Origin: Blasia pusilla
Taxonomy: Eukaryota
NCBI GenBank assembly: GCA_050084515.1
Contig: CM114271.1
Span: forward strand, 1,488,001-1,552,000
Length of the DNA: 64,000 nt
Direction: 5' to 3'
In this document: positions 26,396-36,691 of the stretch, piece by piece
How positions within the stretch are numbered: the first letter of the stretch is position 1
Layout: each line of letters begins with the position of its first letter
Translations under genes and position numbers: made by a program
Notes under the pieces: generated by a model
Seen by the model: only the letters and a program-made list of their open reading frames with translations
What the model was told of the DNA's origin: nothing
Databases searched by the model: none

Positions 26396-27182
26396 TGCAA
26401 CCCGTCGGCCTCGTCGGACATGCAACCCATCGGTCTCTGACGGGTTGCACGCTTCCCTCGTCTTGGGGTAACAAGGCGAGGTACCCGGGCAACCCGTCGC
26501 TCTCCGACGGGTTGCCTGCTTCCCTTGTCTTGGGGCAACAAGGCGAGGTCCCCAAGAAATCCATCAGTCTACGACGAATTGCACAGTTCCCACCATACTG
26601 CGAAACCGAGGCGCGGTCTCCGAGCAACCTGTCTGTCCCTCACGAGTTGGACCGTTCCCCCGAGAAGGGAAATCGAGGCAAGATCCTCGAGCAACACGTC
26701 GATCTCCAACGGATTGCATGGTTGCCTCGACAAGGAAAATTGCGGCGAGGTCCACTTGCAACCCGTCGGTCCCCGATGGGTTGCACGGTTCACTCGACAA
26801 GTGAAATCAAGGCGAGATCCCCGAGCAACCCGTCAAGGATCGACGGGTTGCACGGTTCCCTCCAAAAGGGAAAGCGAGGCGAGGTACCTTTTCAACCCGT
26901 CGTAGTCCGACGGGTTGCCGTAGGAAATCCATGCGAGGTCATGCGCATCCCGACTCCGACGGAATCAGACAGTTTGCACAAGCAGGGGGTACCGACGGAC
27001 AACCGCGTTCAACCCAAGGGACTCCGACGGGTTGCAAGTCGCACTGGGACTCTGACGAACAGGGGGACTCCGTGGCTTTGCAACCTGTTGGGTTCCGACG
27101 GGTTGCAACTTGTCCGAGTCCCAAAATTTGCAACTCGTCGGACTCCGACAGGTTGCGACTTGTCGGAATCCGACAGATTGAA
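26396..27182. repeat. Cluster 4 of the 29-bp palindrome, partly in a ~67-68-bp higher-order tandem array
   Basis: Copies at ~26422, 26490, 26558, 26625, 26691, 26758, 26825 and 26893, separated by related spacers containing AGGCGAGG(T); further copies extend to ~27180. Confidence 0.9.
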
Positions 27183-27615
27183 CCTTGTTCATGGCTAATT
27201 AACCTTTGGCAATCGGCAAACTTGCAACGAGATCAATCTCAGGGGAATCCAGAGCGTCACACAATCTCACCTACCAACCAACAACTTGTCAGTCGATTTC
27301 TGTCAAGAGAATAACAATCACTATTCACTATAAATTAAACATTTTATTTTTTATTTTATTTTCATTCTCCTCCTGGTGGAATTATTTGGGAATGGATAAT
27401 TATGTGAAACTCACCCGTGGCAATCATCTACGGGCCCTTCCTCAATCACAAATAATTCGACCGCAAGCTCGTGAGTCTTACATAGCAGTGGAGGAAAATT
27501 TCCTCTCATTGCGATTTCTTCTCCAAATTGGAACAACCTTTGTTTCTAAGGATGTTAGGGTAGACGGTACGGAGGACGTCGTAGGTGAGACAGTCTAGCC
27601 AATGATTGTAAAATA

Positions 27616-28229
27616 TGGAATCTCCTACCTCACACCAATGGTCAATACAGAGTTTAAGGCTTGCTTGTGAAGCCCTTTGTTTCCCAAGCATACGGTCTGG
27701 AATTTCCTAGTGCACCGAGCTCTACGTTTGCCACTCCCAGCTCTGTAGATCCGATATCGACTCCAACTTCACACGTTCGTGACAATGTTGTACTTCATGA
27801 AGAGATTCCGGATGTCGTCGACCTCATTGGATTTGTCGAACACCAACCGGGCCTTGCCTCTGCCTACTCGTTGCTCTTGCAAGTTTCGGGCAATAGTTTG
27901 CTATTGTCATTGCCCTTTACATTGTTCAAATACATTCTTGTCGACGAACTCCCACCCACGTACGATGGTAATTGTATTTTTGAGTTGCTTCCACTTGTCA
28001 ATTCTGCTCAAAAGAAGAATGGAGTACACTTGAAGGATATGAACAGAAAATCTGACTGTCAACATTAGTGCAAACTTCAACGAAATAATGTTGACTGTCA
28101 ACATTAGTGCAAACTTCAACAAAATGATGTTTCAATTCCTGTGATATTTGCATTGTTTCTCGCCATCAATGTGCTGGAGCTCTTGAATGTAGAAATTCAA
28201 GTTGCCTACATGTAGAACGCAATGGATGA
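27616..28229 (+). pseudogene. N-terminal fragment of a putative zinc-finger transposase-like protein
   Basis: VDELPPTYDGNCIFELLP...LKDMNRKSDCQH*CK then, after a 39-bp duplication, RHQCAGALECRNSSCLHVERNG*. The CxGxLxCxNxxC pattern resembles the GCM/WRKY-like N-termini of MULE-related transposases. Truncated, with no DDE domain visible. Confidence 0.45.
28053..28130. repeat. 39-bp tandem duplication
   Basis: TGACTGTCAACATTAGTGCAAACTTCAAC.AAAT.ATGT occurs twice. Confidence 0.9.
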
Positions 28230-29382
28230 GTCAATACGTTGCCATTTTCTCCAAAGAATGCACAATCTTTACATGAGATCGGTCCGACCTTACCACTTCA
28301 TTATTAAACTTCCCCTTTTGGCATTCATTTTTGTGTAACATTCATATAAGCTACAATTCCATGTCTGAATCCAGAATATCAACAATTCATATCAGCTCCC
28401 AAATTCATTTATTTTTGAAGCCTTTCATAACCTTATCTTACGTTCTTACCTTCATAAAAGGATGTGACAAAGAAAATTGTGACAAAGAAAATTGCCCGGC
28501 AAATCTACAATCAACATCAAGTGATTTGATCTTGTAGATCGAATGAGGCAACTATGCCAAATTCTTATCCGGTTGCTTTTATTAATCAAACATTTTATTA
28601 TTACAACTTTGTCTTAGTCTTGCCAAATTTCTTTCATCATATTTTCTTATGTTCTATATTATTGTATGATGATAATGCCTTCATCATCATAAAAAGAAAG
28701 TGAATTGTTTTTTCACTCTTCTTTTTATTTTTCAATTTGAATTTATGTATGGTATATTCACAATAATCTGACATACACCCACATTCCTTGCATACTTTTC
28801 TCACAAGTGTTTGTTCGAGATTTATCTCCTGTATGGAACAAGTTAAAATCATTCCTCAATGCTCGCAATTAAAGGCGATTGCAGGAACATGTCAAATTCC
28901 CTAATCCATCTCGATTTCCTCAGCCAGCGAATTAGGTTCTACCTACTCTTAGGGCACATATCAGATGACTTCACAGTTCAGATCACACGGACGATTGGGT
29001 ACAATCAATCATGCGATCAATATCATAAACTGAACAAGAACATGCTGGTTAAAGACTTTCAACACATGATCACAACATAAGCGCAAATGTCCATTCTCCT
29101 GTTCCCAACGAGTCATATACAATCTATCATTCAATTCTTTCTTCACAAAAATTATATCCCGGAAAAGACTCTTAATAATATGTTCATTCCACATGCTTTC
29201 TTACCCTACAATAAAATTCCTCCTATTCCCAGGACACATCAGATAACTTCACATTTGAGATTCCACAATCATTGTGCAGCAACTAGATCCGAGATGACTC
29301 TTGGCCATATAAAATTGTATCAAAAATGATGTCGACAAGACAGTATAACTAGCCGTGCACCTTCACCCTGGATTTTTCACCC

Positions 29383-31727
29383 CTAGGCTGCTCTTTGCGC
29401 AGCTTCTTTTGCCAAAACCTTTTCCCTGGCCTTGGTCTTGGCCTGGGACTTGACGCCCATAATGCCTCCTCCCCATTGCTTGCGGTACTCATCGTACTTG
29501 TCGTTGAAGTTGGCCTATGGAATGCAAACATAAGACGCATACTCGTTTAGGTGGATGGCGAGTAGATATAGCAGTACGATAAATGTGAATCAAAAGACGA
29601 GCAAACTTAGCTGCAAATTCAAAAAGATGAGGATATCACCTTGACTGCTTCCACAATTTTGCTAAAGTCGTGCTTATCCTCGTTCTTCACTGAAGTCAGG
29701 CAGAGTGCCGAAGCAGTCCTGCTGTGAACGATCTGTCCGAGACGGGACTTACCCTTGACGATGGCATAGGGCACGCCCATCTTACGGCACAATGCAGGCA
29801 GCCAAACGACCAGCTCGATGGGATCCACATCATGTGCAATTACGACGAGCTGAGCCTTACCCTGTGCGGAAAGGGAGCAGTAAGCACGCAATTACAATGA
29901 TGGGCGTCTTCCGAGTGCTTTCAAAACAGTGACACACCCTGAGAGGTACTGTTCCACGAGATATCCATAGATCTCAGAGGATATCCACAAACTAACGAGG
30001 ACTCCAACTACCATGACCGGCTTTAAGTGATGGAATCTTAATACCAAAGGTTTCACCAGAGATCACTTGAGTCGACCAAGGATAAAGGCGGGTGCAAAGG
30101 TGGGTGGCGCAAATTGACAGCCAACAGGTGGGTACCTTGAGTTGAAGGGGACACCACGTATATCCAGGTGCGTGAGGTGATGGAGGCTAATGTGGATGCT
30201 CAGTTCTCAGCGACGATTGCCATATCACTTTATTTTGGCCTGATCTTGGTTGGAATACCCGCACTTTGCAACTAAATTCAATTTTTCATCTGAGGATTAG
30301 ACCCAACGCCGGAGCTTTTGCATAGTCAGAGCTGTATTGGTGTCCGGCGAGTGGCTCATCTCCCATTCCATTATGGCATGAGGCAAGACGTCAGAAACTA
30401 CAGCTTCTCTCCTAACACAATCCCGAATAATTTCTAAAATAAAAATCTCTGGAAAACCCTCCTACGGAAGTGAATGGCCCGTGCCACGTTTCAAGCGTTC
30501 ACAAGTACGAGTCCCAGTTATCTAAATAAACGAGTGATACAAAATGCAAAACGTACAGAGTGGGACAAGAGTTGGCTTACCTGCTCAATCAAATACGTCA
30601 CGTGGTTAAGGCCGTACTTCACGACGATGGGTTTCTTTGTTTCCACCGTCTTGCCCTCAGCCTCGGCCTTGGCCTTGTTAAGGAGACGCTCCTTCTTGGC
30701 AGCCTTGTCTTCTGGCCTATATTTCAGGAGCATCTTGAATAAACTCGCAGCTGCAGTAAATCCAGACCCAGTATTAAATTGGAGTAGATCGGACTACTTG
30801 GGATACAGCAGCTCTTCCTTCGACTTCCCCTGATGTCACTAAGGCTGAGACCTACACCTCTACCTGCTCGACGTCTCTACATCTAGTGTGCCTTACTACA
30901 TGCTGATCACAGAACTATGTATCGGAGGCCAGGCACAGTGTAATGTCAAGGGCGAAATCCTGTCGAAAAATGACGGATGGAGATGAGATAAAGTTGTCCA
31001 AAACTGACCTAAATTCTTGTCAAGACACTTCGTGAACTGATTAAGTGCAGGTGGCACTTTCAGTCGCTGATTTAAGACACGGCGTTGCCTTTGAATACGA
31101 ACATACTTGGGCCACTTCACGAAACGGTGAAGATCCTTCTTAGGAGGAAGGGCACCACCAATACCAAACTGCTTAGGGCGCTTCTCAAATAGAGGGTTCA
31201 CCACCTTCTCCTTGACCGCCACCTACATACGACAAACTCAGATTAGTCGGGATTTCTTTGCTCTCTCTGTCTCTCTATCTCTCTCTCTCTCTCTCTGTGA
31301 GGAGGGGAGGAAAACACACCTTTTTCTTCTCAACTGGCGCCGGAACGGTGGGCTTGATGGTACCCCGCTTCGGAGCCTGCGCCAAACGCACACATGGACA
31401 TTGGCATTAGATGCAGCTCTGTCCAGTGCCATGGGGAGACGCGCACACATGGACATTGGCACTAAATGCAACTCTGTCCAGTGGCCACCAAGATGAGATT
31501 GCCATCATCCCTCAGTGGGGATCAAAACACATGAACATTGGCACTAGATGCAACTCTGTCCAGTGCGCCCACTGAGACGCAATTTCCCATCAAAACCCAT
31601 CAAAACCTCCACACGATTCACAGCTTCGCCCATTGGCGCCCCTCAATCCTCAAACTTCAGCCCACCAGAGCACCGATCCACCCATCGCCCAACCGATCCA
31701 CCCGAGGAAGGGAGCGACACGCACCAT
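29383..31727 (-). CDS. RPL7A: 60S ribosomal protein L7a (eL8), 6 exons
   Basis: Exons: 31725-31727 (ATG only, followed by GTGCGT donor), 31320-31376, 31009-31222, 30581-30750, 29640-29861, 29383-29514. Product: MAPKRG...[38 protein letters not shown]...[45 protein letters not shown]...[13 protein letters not shown]...stop. Placement of the ATG exon is inferred. Confidence 0.96.
31389..31570. repeat. Three copies of a ~42-bp hairpin-forming motif in RPL7a intron 1
   Basis: ACACATGGACATTGGCAYTARATGCARCTCTGTCCAGTG at ~31390, ~31445 and ~31527 (third copy has GAACA). Confidence 0.9.
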
Positions 31728-31894
31728 TGCTACTTCTCGCCCAAACACCCACCACGAAGTCGACGAAATTAAAAAGGCATCTCCAACGTCCTCAGTGACC
31801 TAATATCCTCTGGCGAGTTCGACTACTCCACTCTAGCAAAACCCTCCACCGCCGCCGTCCTGCTATGCTATACTATGACTCACCATAGTCATTC

Positions 31895-32031
31895 CTCCTC
31901 CTCTACTATTACTCAACCCTAAAGGCCACCGTGGTTCTCGAGAAAGCAGAACAACGGAGGGTGTGTTCATTTGACCATGGTACAGTTAAGGATTGCAGTC
32001 CCTCTTGCTGCTACTACTCCTCAACCCTAAG
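31895..32031. repeat. About 1.2 copies of the ~108-bp satellite unit, upstream of RPL7a
   Basis: TACTCAACCCTAAAGGCCACCGTGGTTCTCGAGAAAG...GTGTGTTCATTTGACCATGGTACAGTTAAGGAT...CTACTACTCCTCAACCCTAA is the same unit as at 40180-40795. Confidence 0.85.
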
Positions 32032-32779
32032 GGCGAGTCCCCATGGAATCCCCAGCCGAAGGTCGCTTGGGTCCTAGTAGGCCGAACGTCCCGTACTTGT
32101 TCCGGCAAGACGTTTGGCTCTTTCTCGTTACTTCACCCGCGATCGGGTAAGTTGTGTCGGTTTTCGACGTCTGGGATTCCTTACGTACTGTTGGATTCCG
32201 TAACTGAAATCGGACATTCCATCCGCCATCCGGACATAAATCCTACCTGACTGTTCCCCTCTTCCCCCTCAAACCTAATGTCGACGTACCCGTTGTTGAA
32301 GCACTCCACTTTCAAACCAAGACGAAGAAACCAACATGACAAGATGATGCCCGAGTCTTTTTTGATGCCTGAGTCTTGCAGCGTATCGCCTTGCATGGAA
32401 ATCTTACTACAAGCCACGATGCAAGTACGTAAGGAAATATTAGAATCAGAGGAGTCTTCTGCCGCTGGTTTCGCAGTGCAAGGCAATTCCATTACGAGAT
32501 CAAGATCCTCCACTCCAAACAGACGAATCGAGATGATTGAATTGGTCACATCAACATTGAAGTGATGAGTTCGTCAGCTGGCCTACGGCCAGCCTGGGAT
32601 GAGGAAGCTGAGCTAAGCTAGAGTGTCGAGGGGGTTGGGATCTCAATGCGAGATTCAACTCGGATGTGTCGGGCCGGCTAAGATCGCGTCAGGAAGCTCT
32701 TGATGCTTGGTTGGGAAGGCACTTGGCGGCTGCAATCCGGAGCTCTCAACTCTCGTGACCCTCACTTGTCCTAGAAAAC

Positions 32780-33160
32780 GCGATGCAGGTGCGATGAATT
32801 TCGGATGCTCCATTGTAAAGATTACAACTCGACTCCCCCCTCCTCGCAACTCTTGTTGTTGCCAATTCCCCACGCATCGCTTCAGAGAAAGATGCTCACA
32901 TGAGGTGACCCCGCAAGACACCATTTACCGTCAGTTTGAGCATCGTAGTAGATCTCATAACAAGCCCTGCAGTTCAGCCTGTTATGGAAGATTGCAACGG
33001 ATAGGGATGCAATGTGCGTACCGTATCCCTTGCTGTACAGATCGTCATATCCACAAGCACCAACTAAATCCATGCATGAGTGAGGATTCGAACATAAAAC
33101 ACAATAGGAAAAGCACTACAACATCATGCGATCATACTGCCATCAGGCAGCCCATAGCTT
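32780..33160 (-). pseudogene. Alpha-expansin gene fragment
   Basis: VGACGYDDLYSKGYGTHIASLSVAIFHNRLNCRACYEI...KWCL matches the expansin DPBB motif GGACGYGNLYSQGYG...ALSTALFNNG..CGACYEI. Confidence 0.8.
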
Positions 33161-33254
33161 GAACAACAAACTGAGCCGCAATGTCTTCAAAATGCCCTAG
33201 CACTAACTGTTGTTTCTTCGAGGGGCAAAGTCGAGAGATCAAAATTCCTCAACA

Positions 33255-33378
33255 ATGACGTCATTTCCTTGCAAGGCATCCGCACAACCTGGTACTCTAA
33301 AATGCTTGTTGTCACAATGCCTAGCTGATAATTGGACCCATTGCCCCAGCTGAACACTTCTTTGGAGCCTCCACTCAT
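33255..33378 (-). pseudogene. RCC1-repeat gene fragment
   Basis: EVFSWGNGSNYQLG matches the RCC1 repeat consensus V(F/Y)SWGxGxxxQLG, as in plant ankyrin-RCC1-BTB proteins; no surrounding gene. Confidence 0.6.
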
Positions 33379-34049
33379 AGAAATGAGTGTGAATTAAACC
33401 TGAAAGTTTCTTTTTCAATAAACGCTAGCGAGAACTTAAACAGAACGGTCGTCAAGATACGTGGATGAGCATAATAGCTAGAGATCACTCTATTTCCTTG
33501 GACAAAATCACCAAGGAGGCCTACGGAAAAATTCTTAGGTCCATGACACATGTGAGATGTGCAGTTGTTATAGCAGCAGACACTTTGACGGGTTGGGCTG
33601 GGCTGGGCTGGGGTAAGTTGGGATTGTGTTTAGCAATTAGCACTAACTGTTGTTTCTTCGAGGGATCAGAGTCGAGAGATCAGAATTCCTCAACACTTCA
33701 AGACATTGGCTCTTTTGCGGTTGGCTAGTTGGGTTAGTTGAAGGCACTCCAAAGGGAAGAAAGCTTCCAACTAAAACCTTACGTTAAGAGTAACCAAAGT
33801 TAGGACCTAACCCAACATTTTGTTGGAACGAACTGACAGTCAGTCCCAACAGAATTCCTTCTAACAAATTCAGTTCGAGTTGTTGAATCCCAGGTAGTTT
33901 GAGCCCCTCTTTATATATAGGAGGCCCCTCCTCAATAACTCATTGCCCCTTCCATATGTTTCTCCATGCACTCTTTCCTTCATTCTCCTCTTCCTACATA
34001 TCTTGTCATTGTGGTGCGTTCATATCTTCTCTTCTTACCTTCCATTACC

Positions 34050-35251
34050 ATGGATGATGATTTTGAGTTAGATGCGTGCCTTTCTATAATGCTTGTGCTA
34101 TCTCAAATGATTTCCACTTCCACTCTTCATAGTCTCTTATGTTTACATTTGTCGAATATGACAAAGACTTCTTCATGTTCGAGGTTGGGTCTTTGGTATA
34201 TAAAACCAAGATCTATAGGGTTTACAACTCTCTTTATTGATGACAACATTGTGCGGAGAGATAATCCCTTGCGTTTCAAGGAGTTCTTTTGAATCTCAAT
34301 TGGGACATTTGATTTGATTTGTGATATATTGAGAGGTCGCTTGACTTCAAACCCTCCAACGACATTGCAACAATTATCGAATAGATTGTTAAGTGTTAAG
34401 AGACAACTAGCAATCACTCTGCGTCGTCTTGCCACAAGTGATCAATTATTGGGGATTGGAAAACTCTTTGGTCTTGGACGCTCCACTACCGCTAGATTTT
34501 TCCATAGAGTAATCGATGCTCTTGTGGAAGTGGCTCATGGAGTTGTGAGTTGGCCAACTCGAGCACAATTACAAAGAGTCAAAGAAAGCTTTGAAGCATA
34601 ATATGGATTCCTCAATTGTTGTGGTGCAATAGATGCCACTCATTTTCTCATTGACTTACCAACGAGTTCAAATGCCACATCATGGTATAGTCATAAAAGA
34701 GTAAATCTTACCCATGTGCCATGCAAGCTGTTGTGGATTCAGAGTTGCGATTCTTAGATGCATTTGCAGAATATCCACCTTGTATTCATAACACACGACT
34801 CCTTCAAAACTCTGAATTATACAAGAAAGTAATTCAAGGAGAAAGGTATTTGATTGGTCCTTCGGTTCCATTGAGATATAACAAGAGCACTCGAAAGTAT
34901 ATCATTGGTGATGCAGGATATCCGTTATTACCTTGGCTCATTGTCCCTTATCCAAGAGCAATTGGTCGAAAAGAGGAATGGAATTATCTCCATTCTTCCA
35001 TGCCCATGTATGTGGAGAGAGATTTTGGAGGATTGAAAGGAGCATGGCTCGTACTCAACCGACACATTTATCATCCAAACTTAGAGCGATTACCAAAGAT
35101 GATTGTTGCTTGTTGTATCTTGCACAATATCTTGATTGATAGACAAGATCATACACCTGATACTCTCTTTAGGACTGCAAGACCTCATCCACCTGGGTTT
35201 CAAAGTTTTGTACCTAGCAACATAGTCACACTTAATGGAAGAGCTAATTGA
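34050..35251 (+). pseudogene. PIF/Harbinger DDE transposase (HARBI1-like), with stops and a frameshift
   Basis: W...RS...FKEFF*IS..TFD.IC, QLAITLRRLAT, FGLGRST, GF.NCCGAIDATH, MQAVVD...F, IIGDAGYPLLPWLIVPY, VER.FG.LKG.W, ACCILHN. Confidence 0.92.
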
Positions 35252-36244
35252 GATGCTCTTCTTAACCATCTAGTGCCACACATTGAGTAGATGATGTTTG
35301 AAGGATATGACTCAATGTGTGAGTTCAAGATTTCCTACTTTGAAGATATACTGCGAATACTTCTACAAGTGCTTTCATACTTTCAGCTTGCTTGTCTTGT
35401 CCCTCCTTTATGACTTCAATTAAGTTCTTGGTGATGACATCATAAGCTTCATTTGTCGAGTTCTTTCATTCTTTGCCTTTAATCCCGGAAGCAAGGCTTT
35501 TCTTCCTTTTTCGAGCAGGCTCTGGAGGGGAATCTGGCCAAACTCCTTCAACTTTACTGGGTGTGGTCCCTAAAACCAAAACACGGCAAGCTATTAGCAA
35601 CATGCATGTGAAAGACAAGTGGTCTTCAAACATGACAACTTATTAGCAAAGCACATGCAAAAGACATCACAACATGCAAAAGGTTTCAATACATGTATCT
35701 CTTGAAGAGCCATCAATACTATTTAAGTCATCCATGAAGCTATGTTTCCTTTCTTCATGGTGGTCTCCAAAAGCAACTATAGAAAAGAGAAGTGTTAATA
35801 GAGCTATCGTTAAGAAATATTTCCCTATGATACAACTATGCACATTAAATTTTTTTGGAAAACAATCACCCCAAGTTTGGCTTATGGATGAACTTGTTTC
35901 ATGTGGCCCTTCATAATCATTTGATCGAACTCCATGATTTGATTCATCTACCAAGATACATTAATTGTGAGGGGAAGCAATTACATGTGCAAGAAGTAAA
36001 GACGCGAGAAGAAAAAGAGGAAGGATAGGTTACTACATACATGGAGTAGTGCTTGCATGAGTCGTTCGATCTTCTTTGGTTTCACTTCCATCTTGATGAC
36101 ATCCATATTTTTCTACCATTGAATAAGGGGAGATATTGGAAGAGCATAGAAAATAACATATATCTTTATGTAATGACAATTACAGAATATCATTATACAT
36201 TCACATACCTAGCAAGTTGAATAAGTTAATGACTTCATCTACGA

Positions 36245-36691
36245 CTAGAAGGAGTCTAGTATCAAAAGGACACACACCATCGCCCTCAGGATTGACATCT
36301 TGACGTCTAGGAGCCAAGACTCCATGTCTTTATAGAACTCCTCATTGAAGTTAACAGGCAAGTCATTCTTCTTACGAGTAGATCGATCCATATCATAGTA
36401 ACCCAAATCATATACCTTTTTTAATTCCTTGAGAATAGCTGACCATCTTTTTTTACATTGGTTTCCATCTCGAGTGGGGTTATTGACCCCATTAGTCAAG
36501 CAAAAACTAGCCACTTTAGACCACTTTAACTTTCCGGAAGACATCCGGGATTGCTTATTCCCATGCAATTCCATTGTTTACATCTCATATTTCTTGGCCG
36601 CGATCAAAATTTTGATGTGAGTTGAAGACCACGGTGGGAACTTTTATTTGGAAAGTTCAATTACATCTCGAGGAACACATCCTTCACTCAT
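36245..36691 (-). pseudogene. Myb/SANT-like (trihelix) DNA-binding protein, the partner gene of the Harbinger element
   Basis: WSSTHIKILIAAK...KWSKVASFC...RDGNQCKKRWSAILKELKKVYD...LPVNF.EEFY..ME.WL; convergent with the transposase. Further decayed exons probably extend toward ~35300. Confidence 0.85.

Larger units (their letters stand above)
18677..28230. mobile_element. Putative large DNA transposon with two divergent decayed genes and clustered 29-bp palindromes
   Basis: Begins where the Gypsy RNase H stops abruptly. Contains a minus-strand spliced ParB-like/methyltransferase-like gene, a plus-strand Cys-rich transposase-like fragment and four palindrome clusters. Termini and TSD are not resolved, so boundaries are approximate. 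Confidence 0.55.

Noticed and set aside
26396-26920. CRISPR array
   Set aside because: Repeat and spacer sizes are CRISPR-like, but the spacers are related to each other, the repeats are degenerate, there are no cas genes and the context is a plant nuclear genome.
26317-27198. 293-aa ORF and overlapping ORFs
   Set aside because: Open frames result from the GC-rich palindromic repeats; no protein motif.
29862-31008. Intronic box C/D snoRNAs in RPL7a introns, as in vertebrate RPL7a
   Set aside because: No convincing RUGAUGA...CUGA pair with a terminal stem on the sense strand; needs snoscan or Infernal to exclude fully.
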